From: a virus
Strand: one strand, 5' to 3'
IMG/VR virus record: IMGVR_UViG_3300019458_000616
Location: 7,234 to 71,233 of that record
DNA length: 64,000 nt
The translations under genes were made by a program, and so were the position numbers. The notes beneath the pieces were generated by a model that made no database searches, was not told the DNA's origin, and saw only the letters and a list, made by a program, of their open reading frames with translations. This document shows, piece by piece, positions 37,111 through 44,558 of this stretch (positions within the stretch are counted from its first letter, which is position 1; each line of letters opens with the position of its first letter).

Positions 37111-37386
37111 GTGGCTGTCGAGTCCGGGAACCTCGCATCGGGCCAGGTCGCGCTCAACGCGTCGAGCGCGGTCGAGGTCGTCCCGAGGAGCAACCAGCGC
37201 CGGGCGGTCACCGTCCGGAACCTCGATGCCTCGATCACGATCTTCGTCGGCGGCGCCGGCGTCACGGCCATGACGGGGCTCCCGCTCAAGCCCGCCGACC
37301 CTCCGATCCGGATCGAGAGCGCGGCGCCCCTCCATGCGATCGCGGCGTCGGGGACGCCGTCGATCGGCTGGCTCGAGGAGACGTAG
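37111..37386 (+). CDS. Small beta-rich structural protein
   Basis: RRAVTVRNL..IFVGGAGVT..GLPL. Confidence 0.6.
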   Translation: MAVESGNLASGQVALNASSAVEVVPRSNQRRAVTVRNLDASITIFVGGAGVTAMTGLPLKPADPPIRIESAAPLHAIAASGTPSIGWLEET

Positions 37387-37407
37387 CCGGGAGGAGGTCC
37401 CTCCGCC

Positions 37408-37758
37408 GTGCCCGTCGACCTCTCGACCGACCATCAGGCCTGGGACGGGACGGAGGCGGTCACGCTCGAGCGCGTGACGAGTTCGAGCGTCGACGCCGGC
37501 GGGCAGAAGCAGGAGACGGTCGCGAGCTCTTCGGTTGCCGGCGCCCTCCGACGCGCGCTCACGCTCGAGGAGGTCTCGCGGTCGGGCGGCGTCTTCCGGA
37601 TCGGGGATCTCAAGTGGCATCTCCCGAAGACGCAGGTCCCGACGCTTCCGAAGGAGGGGGACCGGATCGTCGACGGCGCCGGCGCGGTCTTCCGGATCTT
37701 CATGGTCAAGGTCCAGACACTCGCGAGCCGCGTCGCTTGCTGGACCCGGAGGGTCTGA
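37408..37758 (+). CDS. Head closure / head-tail adaptor protein
   Basis: Position in the neck cluster; P.EGDRIVD..FRI. Confidence 0.65.
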   Translation: MPVDLSTDHQAWDGTEAVTLERVTSSSVDAGGQKQETVASSSVAGALRRALTLEEVSRSGGVFRIGDLKWHLPKTQVPTLPKEGDRIVDGAGAVFRIFMVKVQTLASRVACWTRRV

Positions 37759-37762
37759 CCTC

Positions 37763-38257
37763 GTGCCGCCCCGCCCCCGTACGGCCAAGAGCCTCTCCTT
37801 CTACCGCCGGAAGGCGGAGCGGCTCGGCTTCTCGCAGTCGTTCTTCCGGGCGCGGCGAGGGACGTTCAACGCCCGGATCGAGGGCTTCGGGAAGAGCCAG
37901 GGCTTCGTCCTCGACAAGTTCGTCGCCGGCGCGAACCGGCTCTTCGCGAGGCTCGAGGCGACGCTCGAGCAGCGGGAAGCCGGGATCGCCGCGCTCCAGG
38001 ACGAGCTCTTCGAGAAAATCGTCCGGAGGACGCCGGTCGACACGGGGCGGGCGCGGGCGGGATGGAAGCCTCCGGAGGAAAGGCGAGAAGGGAAGCGGCG
38101 GACCTGGGTGATCGAGAACGACGTCGAGTACGTGATCTACCTCGAGTACGGCTGGAGCCGGCAGGCGCCGCTCGGGATGGTCCGGATCTCGATGGCGGAG
38201 ATGGCGGCGAAGGTCCGGAAACTCCTCGCGGGGGTCGAGGCGGGAGGACGGGCATGA
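37763..38257 (+). CDS. HK97 gp10-family tail completion protein
   Basis: RTPVDTGRARAGW, NDVEYVIYLEYGWSRQAP.GMVR. Confidence 0.82.
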   Translation: MPPRPRTAKSLSFYRRKAERLGFSQSFFRARRGTFNARIEGFGKSQGFVLDKFVAGANRLFARLEATLEQREAGIAALQDELFEKIVRRTPVDTGRARAGWKPPEERREGKRRTWVIENDVEYVIYLEYGWSRQAPLGMVRISMAEMAAKVRKLLAGVEAGGRA

Positions 38258-38601
38258 GGGCGGAAGAGGTCATCTCCGCGACGCCGTTCGAGACGCAGGA
38301 CCTCGACCCCGAGCTCGATCTCGCGGCGTCGGCCGTCGCCTGCGTCTACTCCGACCCCCCGGAGCCGCTCGCCGACGAAGCCGCCTCCGAGCTCGCGAAG
38401 GCCGTCGGCGTCGGGGAGAAGCCGACGTCACGCGAGGCGATCCGGATCCTGATCGCGACGGCGTTCAAGCGCGGGTTCCTCGTCGGCCATGCTGCGGCCT
38501 CTGGGATCGTCCGCGAGCTCGGCTCGGTCGAGTCCCGGGGCTGGAGGCGGAACGCCCTCGAGATCGCGGCCCGGCTCCGGAAGGGAGGTTCTCGGAAGTG
38601 A
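38254..38601 (+). CDS. Hypothetical protein
   Basis: ATGA overlap with SD. Confidence 0.5.
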   Translation: MRAEEVISATPFETQDLDPELDLAASAVACVYSDPPEPLADEAASELAKAVGVGEKPTSREAIRILIATAFKRGFLVGHAAASGIVRELGSVESRGWRRNALEIAARLRKGGSRK

Positions 38602-39242
38602 AGAAGGACGAGAAGAAGTACCGGTGCCCGTGTGGCTTCGAGAGCCACTGGACGCCCGCGTTCGCCCGACATCAGAAGAGCTGCGCTGTCGCTCAGGCAT
38701 CGTCGATCCCGGGGAACGGAGCCGGCATCGCCTCGGGCGGGAAGGCCGCTCCCGAGCCCGTCGAGAAGTCGGAGCCCGAGTTGCCGGCTGCGGCGGGGCC
38801 CAAGCCTCCGAGGCGGCCGCCGACGATCCACCTCCGGGACGTCGCCGAGCTCCTCCAGGAGGCCTGCGGGACGGCCCTTGCCGAGGTCGCACTCCGGAAC
38901 GGGGCGGCCCGCGTCCGGCCGGCGCGGGAGCTCGCGGTCGTCGCCGGCGCCCTCGAGCGCGTCGAGGCGCTCCGGGAGCTCGAGCGGCGGGGCGCCTTCG
39001 TCGGCGCGGAGCAGCTCGCCGACCCCGCCCTCGCGCTCGCGAAGACGGGGATCGGGAAGAAGAAGGTCGGGAGCGCCCTGGGAGGCCGAGAACTCTCCTC
39101 TCCTCCGAACGGCCAGACCTCCGGAAACGGCCCGTTCGCTGGTCGGGCGCAGACGGAAAGGCGGCCCGGGCGCTCCTCGGCCCCCTCGCGCGGCAAGGCG
39201 GAGGCCGACGCGGCGGACGACGCCGCCGGCGAGGAGGAGTAG
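38598..39242 (+). CDS. Hypothetical protein with N-terminal Zn-finger-like motif
   Basis: YRCPCGF......FARHQKSC. Confidence 0.55.
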   Translation: MKKDEKKYRCPCGFESHWTPAFARHQKSCAVAQASSIPGNGAGIASGGKAAPEPVEKSEPELPAAAGPKPPRRPPTIHLRDVAELLQEACGTALAEVALRNGAARVRPARELAVVAGALERVEALRELERRGAFVGAEQLADPALALAKTGIGKKKVGSALGGRELSSPPNGQTSGNGPFAGRAQTERRPGRSSAPSRGKAEADAADDAAGEEE

Positions 39243-39246
39243 AGAC

Positions 39247-39744
39247 GTGGCGGTCCCGGACGAGGTCGAGGCCCATGTCGTCTCGTCCGTCCTCAAGGCA
39301 CTCCGGGACGGGGTCGCGGGGGTCCTCCCGAACATCAAGGTCCAGGAGGGCGGCTCGCTCGAGCCGGCGGACATCGGCGTCGAGGAGGCCCTCGCCTACT
39401 TCCCGCTCTCGATCGACCCGGGACCCACCCGGCGTGGGGCATGGAAGGGCGCGTTCACGTTCCAGGTCACCTGCCTCTCGAAGACCGCCGAGGCGCGCGC
39501 CGACAAGGACGCGCGCCGGCCCTGGCGCCTCGCGTCGATCGTCCGGAAGATCCTCGACAAGGACGTTGATGTCCGGGACTGGGCCCTCGGCGGCGGCTCG
39601 ACGACGAGCCTCGGGACGATCTCGATCGGGAAGCCGGAGGCGCGGTACGTCTCCGACCGGTTGACGAACGAACGGGGCGAGGGCGTGCGTTCGAACGTCC
39701 ACCAGGTCGTCCTGACCTTCCGGGCCTTCTCCGCCGTCTCGTAG
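39247..39744 (+). CDS. Tail terminator-like protein
   Basis: Size and position before the tail tube gene. Confidence 0.65.
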   Translation: MAVPDEVEAHVVSSVLKALRDGVAGVLPNIKVQEGGSLEPADIGVEEALAYFPLSIDPGPTRRGAWKGAFTFQVTCLSKTAEARADKDARRPWRLASIVRKILDKDVDVRDWALGGGSTTSLGTISIGKPEARYVSDRLTNERGEGVRSNVHQVVLTFRAFSAVS

Positions 39745-39750
39745 TCGCGT

Positions 39751-40605
39751 CTACTCGCCGGGCTCGTCCCTGTACCGCGAACCCGGCCTCGTCGGGTCGG
39801 GGACGGGTCCCCGACGGTAATGTCGTCCCTTCCGGACCATGTCCCCCATGTTGTCCTGGTGCGTCCCGAGGAAGAGATGGTCCGGTCGGACGCACGGAGG
39901 GTTGTCGCATCGGTGGCATACGAAGAAGTGCGGCGCCGGCTCCCCGTGCGTGAGGCGCCATGCTATCCGATGCGCCTTCTCCGGTCGCCGATCGACCGAG
40001 AGGACCCCGTAGCCTCCCGTCGTCTTTGTTCCCGTCCACTCCCAGCAACCCTCGCCGCCGACGTTCTTGACGTTCCGCCAGAAGCGGATCGGGACAGGCT
40101 CGCTGTTGTAGTTGGGCCGATCGCGAAGGCGGGCGATCCGGAGATGCTCGGGTCGAACGCAGAGGGGGTTTCCACAACGGAGGAAGATGCAGAGGCCGTC
40201 CGGGATGGGGCCGTGATGGAGCTCCCACGAGACGCGATGGGCCCGGAGCTTCGTTCGATCTCCGCCACCTCGGATGAGTTCCCCGTACCCTCCATGCTTC
40301 GTGACCGAACCCTTCCAGATCCAACACCCGGGCTTCTTCTCGACCTTGGCCCAGAAGCGCTCGGCGAGCGGGGGTCCGGGAGGACGCTTGCGGGGTGCGG
40401 CCTCGAGCGCGCGGATCTCCCCGTTCGTCCGAGCCTTGATCCCGTGCTTCTTGAGCCAGTGATGGACCGGGGAGGTCGTGACGCCGAGCTCGGCCGCGAT
40501 CACATGGAGCGGCTTCCCTTTCTCCGCGTACTCCCGCTCGAGCCATGCCCGGTCCCAGTACGCCTGTGGCGGGTACGGGCTGAATCCCTTGACGAAGCGT
40601 GCCAT
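39751..40605 (-). CDS. Tandem-domain HNH homing endonuclease (antisense)
   Basis: Two RFW.KV..CW.W..YG..AHR units; only the second keeps CHRCDNPPCVRPDHL..N. Confidence 0.88.
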   Translation of the reverse strand: MARFVKGFSPYPPQAYWDRAWLEREYAEKGKPLHVIAAELGVTTSPVHHWLKKHGIKARTNGEIRALEAAPRKRPPGPPLAERFWAKVEKKPGCWIWKGSVTKHGGYGELIRGGGDRTKLRAHRVSWELHHGPIPDGLCIFLRCGNPLCVRPEHLRIARLRDRPNYNSEPVPIRFWRNVKNVGGEGCWEWTGTKTTGGYGVLSVDRRPEKAHRIAWRLTHGEPAPHFFVCHRCDNPPCVRPDHLFLGTHQDNMGDMVRKGRHYRRGPVPDPTRPGSRYRDEPGE

Positions 40606-40687
40606 GCCCGAGCCTTCCCGTGCGGCGTACCCCATCGGGCGACGGCGGACGCAGCCGCTGGGGACCTCGGAAGGGGAGGGCGTAGGG

Positions 40688-41176
40688 GTGGCCGCGAGAT
40701 CAAGGATTCACGGCACGGTCAAGCTGATCGATGGCACGACGCCCACTCCGAACGAGATCACCATCCCGATACAGGATGGCGATTTGCGTTTTCAGGAGCG
40801 GAAGGAGGCCCGGACCGTCTGGAACCGGGGCAAGCTCAAAGAGTTCGTCGAGGGGTCCGAGGAGCCGGTCTCGGTCTCGTTCTCGATCACGTTCGAGGAG
40901 TGGAAGGGCAAGAACGGCGGCACGGCGTCTCCCGTCGACGCGCTCAAGAAGCGGGGGAACGCGTCCTCGTGGGTCTCGAGGTCGAGCTCGGGCCCCTACA
41001 CCGTCCTTCTGCGCTTCATCCTGGCGGACGTCGAGGCCTCGGGTGGCCAGAACGAGACGCTCGACTTCGACAAGTTCCACTGCGACGAGCCGGCCTTCGA
41101 GGAGGGCGAGGACCACAACACCATCACGGTGACCGGGAAGGCGCTCGTCGCGGCGCCGGCCTCGACCCGGGCGTAG
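40688..41176 (+). CDS. Major tail (tube) protein
   Basis: About 162 aa beta-rich; precedes the chaperone and tape measure genes. Confidence 0.7.
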   Translation: MAARSRIHGTVKLIDGTTPTPNEITIPIQDGDLRFQERKEARTVWNRGKLKEFVEGSEEPVSVSFSITFEEWKGKNGGTASPVDALKKRGNASSWVSRSSSGPYTVLLRFILADVEASGGQNETLDFDKFHCDEPAFEEGEDHNTITVTGKALVAAPASTRA

Positions 41177-41185
41177 GAGGAACGC

Positions 41186-41259
41186 GCTCCGTAGCTCAGA
41201 GCAGAGCACCCGGTCGATAACCGGGAGGACCCGGGGGTCGCGACTCCGGCGGAGCTCCA
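41186..41259 (+). tRNA. Non-canonical tRNA-like element, anticodon GAT (Ile), probably pseudo-tRNA
   Basis: Four stems: GCTCCG/CGGAGC, GCTC/GAGC, CCCGG/CCGGG, CCGGGG/CTCCGG; 3-prime CCA; lacks D-loop GG, U33 and T-loop TTC. Confidence 0.65.
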
Positions 41260-41288
41260 AGATCCGTTCTTGACCGCCGCGTTGGGCC

Positions 41289-41336
41289 GAGGGGCGGGCG
41301 TCGGGGCCGAGGGCCCGGCCCGCCCCTCACCTTTTC
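41289..41336 (+). terminator. GC hairpin followed by short T run
   Basis: 11-bp inverted repeat GAGGGGCGGGC/GCCCGCCCCTC then ACCTTTTC. Confidence 0.5.
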
Positions 41337-41348
41337 ATGGAGGAGAGC

Positions 41349-41873
41349 ATGAAGATCGCGGGCAAGATCCTGGACATCGTGACCGGCGAGGTCGTCCTCC
41401 CGCGCGGAGAAGGGACGCCCCTCAAGCTCAAGCTCCGGGCCCTGCCGATCGGGGCCGAGGAGAAGGTCCTCGAGCTCTTCCCGGCGCCTCGGCCGCCCCG
41501 CGAGTACGCGGAGAAGAAGGGGAACGTCCTGCGGGACAAGGAGGGGAAGCCGATCTACGAGGAGAAGCTCGACGACCCGAACTACCGGGCGGCCCAGCGT
41601 AGGTCGGCCCGCCTGACGTCCGTCTACTTCGCAAGGGAGGGGCTCCGGGCGGACGAGACCATCGTCTTCGAGACGCCCGAGGACCTCCTCGCGAAGAACC
41701 CCGTCGCCTACTACGAGGCGATCGACCAGGAACTCCGGGGGTCGGGGCTCCTCCCCGGGGATCTCGCCCTGATCGTCGAACAGGTGCTCGAGCTCTCGAA
41801 CTTCGACCGCCGGAAGGTCGAGGCGGCGCGGGAGCTTTTTTCGTCGGCGGGGGCGGGGGAGGCGGGGACGTAG
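41349..41873 (+). CDS. Tail assembly chaperone
   Basis: Between tail tube and tape measure genes; T run near the 3-prime end. Confidence 0.75.
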   Translation: MKIAGKILDIVTGEVVLPRGEGTPLKLKLRALPIGAEEKVLELFPAPRPPREYAEKKGNVLRDKEGKPIYEEKLDDPNYRAAQRRSARLTSVYFAREGLRADETIVFETPEDLLAKNPVAYYEAIDQELRGSGLLPGDLALIVEQVLELSNFDRRKVEAARELFSSAGAGEAGT

Positions 41874-42076
41874 AGAACCTCCTTCGGATGCCCCGGACCC
41901 TCCGCTATGCGACCATGAGGGCGTGCGAGCGGCTCGACCCGCGGGCCTTCTACGGGCGGGCGTTCCTCGATCTCGCGGCGGAGGAGCAGGTCGAGTTCCT
42001 CGCCTTCGTCGACCTCCGGGATCGGGAGAGTGCTCATGGGTCCAAAGACGTTCAGGATCTCGGGTTGGGCGTTTAG
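41835..42076 (+). other. Programmed -1 frameshift site and chaperone extension frame
   Basis: CTT TTT TCG; the -1 frame is open to 42076 (FVGGGGGGGDVENLLRMPRT..EEQVEFLAFVDLRDRE). Confidence 0.7.
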
Positions 42077-42089
42077 CCCGGACGTCGTG

Positions 42090-42145
42090 TTCGCAAGCCC
42101 TTGCGAAAACCCCCTCTTGATGCATTTCGCAAGTAGTCGCATAAT
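42090..42145 (+). promoter_or_regulatory. Sigma70-type moron promoter with operator-like TTCGCAA boxes
   Basis: TTGATG(42117)-17 bp-CATAAT(42140); TTCGCAAG-CC-CTTGCGAA and TTGCGAAA..TTTCGCAA inverted repeats. Confidence 0.65.
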
Positions 42146-42182
42146 CCTTGCCTGCCGGGTCTTTCGGCACGGGAGAGGATTC

Positions 42183-42542
42183 ATGACCGTTTCGACCGTG
42201 CTTCTCGTGGCGGTAGTAGTGCTCGCTATCGCGGTTATGTTGGATGCGGTGCGGGACTTCGTCTTTCGCAAGCTTCGGAACCGGCGCAAGATCCAAGAGC
42301 TCGAGGCGTTCACCGTTCGCCTGACGGACCCGGAAAGGGAGATGGTTCGCGCCACTCGGCGCGAAGAGGAGTACATCGGCCAGCTCGTCGATCTGAAGCG
42401 AGATCGCGATGCTGAGCACGACAAGCTCGTAGAGGAGAGGGCCGAGGACATGGCTCGGAGCTCCGAGGAGCTTGAATCTGAACTCAAGGCGGACGAGGTC
42501 CGCTCCGGCCGACTCTACGTCCTTCGCCGACTTCGTCGGTAA
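42183..42542 (+). CDS. Moron: N-terminal TM plus coiled coil
   Basis: VLLVAVVVLAIAVML then Glu/Arg heptads; atypical codon usage. Confidence 0.7.
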   Translation: MTVSTVLLVAVVVLAIAVMLDAVRDFVFRKLRNRRKIQELEAFTVRLTDPEREMVRATRREEEYIGQLVDLKRDRDAEHDKLVEERAEDMARSSEELESELKADEVRSGRLYVLRRLRR

Positions 42543-42568
42543 ACGTGGCTCCTGCATAGCCGATCAGA

Positions 42569-43336
42569 ATGGCGGACCCCGTCAAGAGCGCGGGTTCTCC
42601 TGGGGACAAGAAGCAGAACGCCCTCGAGTCGCTCGTTCTGGTCGCGATCGCCTTCCTGACGATCTTCAAGGAATACAAGTTCCGCTACGCCACCGAAGCG
42701 GTGCTCGGGCTCGCGCTCGTGGGGGCACTCGTCAAGGGAGGTCCCGTTCTCTACCGCGTTGTTCACCGGCGCGTGGCTCACGAGGAGGAGCCGCAGGAGT
42801 TCTCGTCAAAGCTCTCGGACTGGCGCGAGCAGGCCAAGCCCACGCTTAGTGAAACGCTCCGCGAGTTCCACGACGTCCTTTCCAAAGACGGTGTCGAGTC
42901 CGAGGAGAAGCTCCGCGTCACTGTCTTCGTGGCACGCGACTCGGACCTAACGCTCCACCAGATCGCTCGATACTCCTGGAACAAATCGCGGAACCCGAGC
43001 AGCACCGTGATCCGGATGGGGACTGGCGTCGTCGGCATCGCGTACACGCGTGAGGAAGTTCTCGCGCATGAGGTTGGAGAGGACTTCGTCGCTTCGGTGA
43101 AAAAGGTCGGGATCGAGGAGTTGGAAGCGTCCGCCCACTCGCAGGACCGCAAGAGCTTCTGGGCCATGCCGCTCTACCGTGCGACGGACCGGGCCAAGAG
43201 GATAGGCGTCATCGTGGTTGACTCAGCGCGACCGAAGGTACAGATGCGCCTACGCGAGAAGAGCATCGCGCTGAGGAAGTTCGAGGACAAGTTCAAGGCC
43301 GGAATCGTGGGGGTTCTCGAGAAGATGGGGGTTTGA
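42569..43336 (+). CDS. Moron: 2TM plus GAF-like domain protein
   Basis: Two hydrophobic helices; MGTGVVGIAY..RKSFWAMPLY..IGVIVVDS. Confidence 0.7.
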   Translation: MADPVKSAGSPGDKKQNALESLVLVAIAFLTIFKEYKFRYATEAVLGLALVGALVKGGPVLYRVVHRRVAHEEEPQEFSSKLSDWREQAKPTLSETLREFHDVLSKDGVESEEKLRVTVFVARDSDLTLHQIARYSWNKSRNPSSTVIRMGTGVVGIAYTREEVLAHEVGEDFVASVKKVGIEELEASAHSQDRKSFWAMPLYRATDRAKRIGVIVVDSARPKVQMRLREKSIALRKFEDKFKAGIVGVLEKMGV

Positions 43337-43887
43337 AACGACGCAGGGGGATCGAGCCGTGTTTCCGGTCGACCCAAGCAAAGACAAGTCTCAACCTCGA
43401 CCAGGCGGCCGGGACGCGGGGATTCGCCGAGACCCTCCAGCTTGTCGGGTCGGACGCGAGAATCCGAGCGAGCGAGATCCAGGGGGCGGGGCTGAGGAGT
43501 GACGCCACCGGCACCGCCGGGCGCTTCGGCCAGCTCCTCGCGAGGAAGACGACGGGCGCTCCCCCGCGCCGGACCGTCAGCAAAGGCGACGCGGCGGACG
43601 GTCCTCTCCTGGAGCTCGTCGGCGACGCAGTCGGGGCACTCGCCCTCCCGCGCGGTCGTCGTCCAGCATATCGCGGCGGGAACGCGGACCGGAATCGGTC
43701 CGCGGAGGATGGTCGCGACGAAGGCGACTTCCTCGAGCCTCGCTCGCTTCTCGACCGGAGGGGGTGCGGGAACCGGTGCCGGGTAGATCACGGGCCCAAG
43801 CTCGGGGCGTGGTTCGTCCGGCGAGGAGCAGCCGAAGATCGAGGCCGAGATCGCGAGAGACAGGAACGCGAGGACGGCGTGCTTCAT
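43174..43887 (-). CDS. Putative lipoprotein
   Basis: Signal peptide with lipobox IFGC, SD AGGAGG; 3-prime end overlaps the GAF gene, so uncertain. Confidence 0.55.
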   Translation of the reverse strand: MKHAVLAFLSLAISASIFGCSSPDEPRPELGPVIYPAPVPAPPPVEKRARLEEVAFVATILRGPIPVRVPAAICWTTTAREGECPDCVADELQERTVRRVAFADGPARGSARRLPREELAEAPGGAGGVTPQPRPLDLARSDSRVRPDKLEGLGESPRPGRLVEVETCLCLGRPETRLDPPASFQTPIFSRTPTIPALNLSSNFLSAMLFSRRRICTFGRAESTTMTPILLARSVAR

Positions 43888-43962
43888 GCCGGGGCCCTCC
43901 TGCGAGAGGCGAGGGAGGCATGCGCCATCTCACCCGGGGGAGGGGGACCTTGCAAGAGGGTA

Positions 43963-43978
43963 GTTAAGGCCCCTTAAC
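43963..43978. promoter_or_regulatory. Palindrome copy 8 GTTAAG-GCCC-CTTAAC
   Basis: Between the two minus-strand lipoprotein genes. Confidence 0.85.
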
Positions 43979-43984
43979 GGGAAT

Positions 43985-44470
43985 CTACTCGGCGAACTCG
44001 ACGTCCGTCACCGCCCACTCGACGCCGCCCGCCCAACCCGACGGAGCGCCTTCCTTCCCGGGCTTGCTGATGTATCGAGAGAAGTCTCGCCGGTACCCGG
44101 GTCGAACCGGCTCGGATGATGCACCCCAGTGCATCGGCAATGGATCAGGGTGGACAACGTACCCGGTTCGTTCGTCGATCCGCTTCCCCGAATCGTCCAG
44201 GTAGTAGACGGTGAGTTTGACGGCCCTCAGAGTCCGATCGCCTCGGTTCTCGATCTGGCCGACGATGTCTTTCGTTCCGTCCGGCTCGTCTCGCGGTCTT
44301 ACACGGGAAAGGCGCGAGTCCCGGACCTCTACTCCGTGGAGGACGACCCGCTCTCGCGCGTACCGAGCTCCTGCGTCTTCGGAGGGTCTCGTGGGCGGGG
44401 GGCTCTGCGAGTTCGCTCGCGAGCAGCCGACGGCGAGTAGGACGAGAACCGACCAGGCGAGCATCCGCAT
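43985..44470 (-). CDS. FxLYD-like domain lipoprotein
   Basis: Lipobox LAVGC; IVGQIENRGDRTL..VKLTVYYLDDSGKRI. Confidence 0.7.
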   Translation of the reverse strand: MRMLAWSVLVLLAVGCSRANSQSPPPTRPSEDAGARYARERVVLHGVEVRDSRLSRVRPRDEPDGTKDIVGQIENRGDRTLRAVKLTVYYLDDSGKRIDERTGYVVHPDPLPMHWGASSEPVRPGYRRDFSRYISKPGKEGAPSGWAGGVEWAVTDVEFAE

Positions 44471-44558
44471 CGCTCGGTCCCTCCTCTATCCCTTGGACGA
44501 GGCATCCTACCGAAGCCTTCGCGACGAACGCCAGAGCCTACCATCGGGCCAGAGGAGG

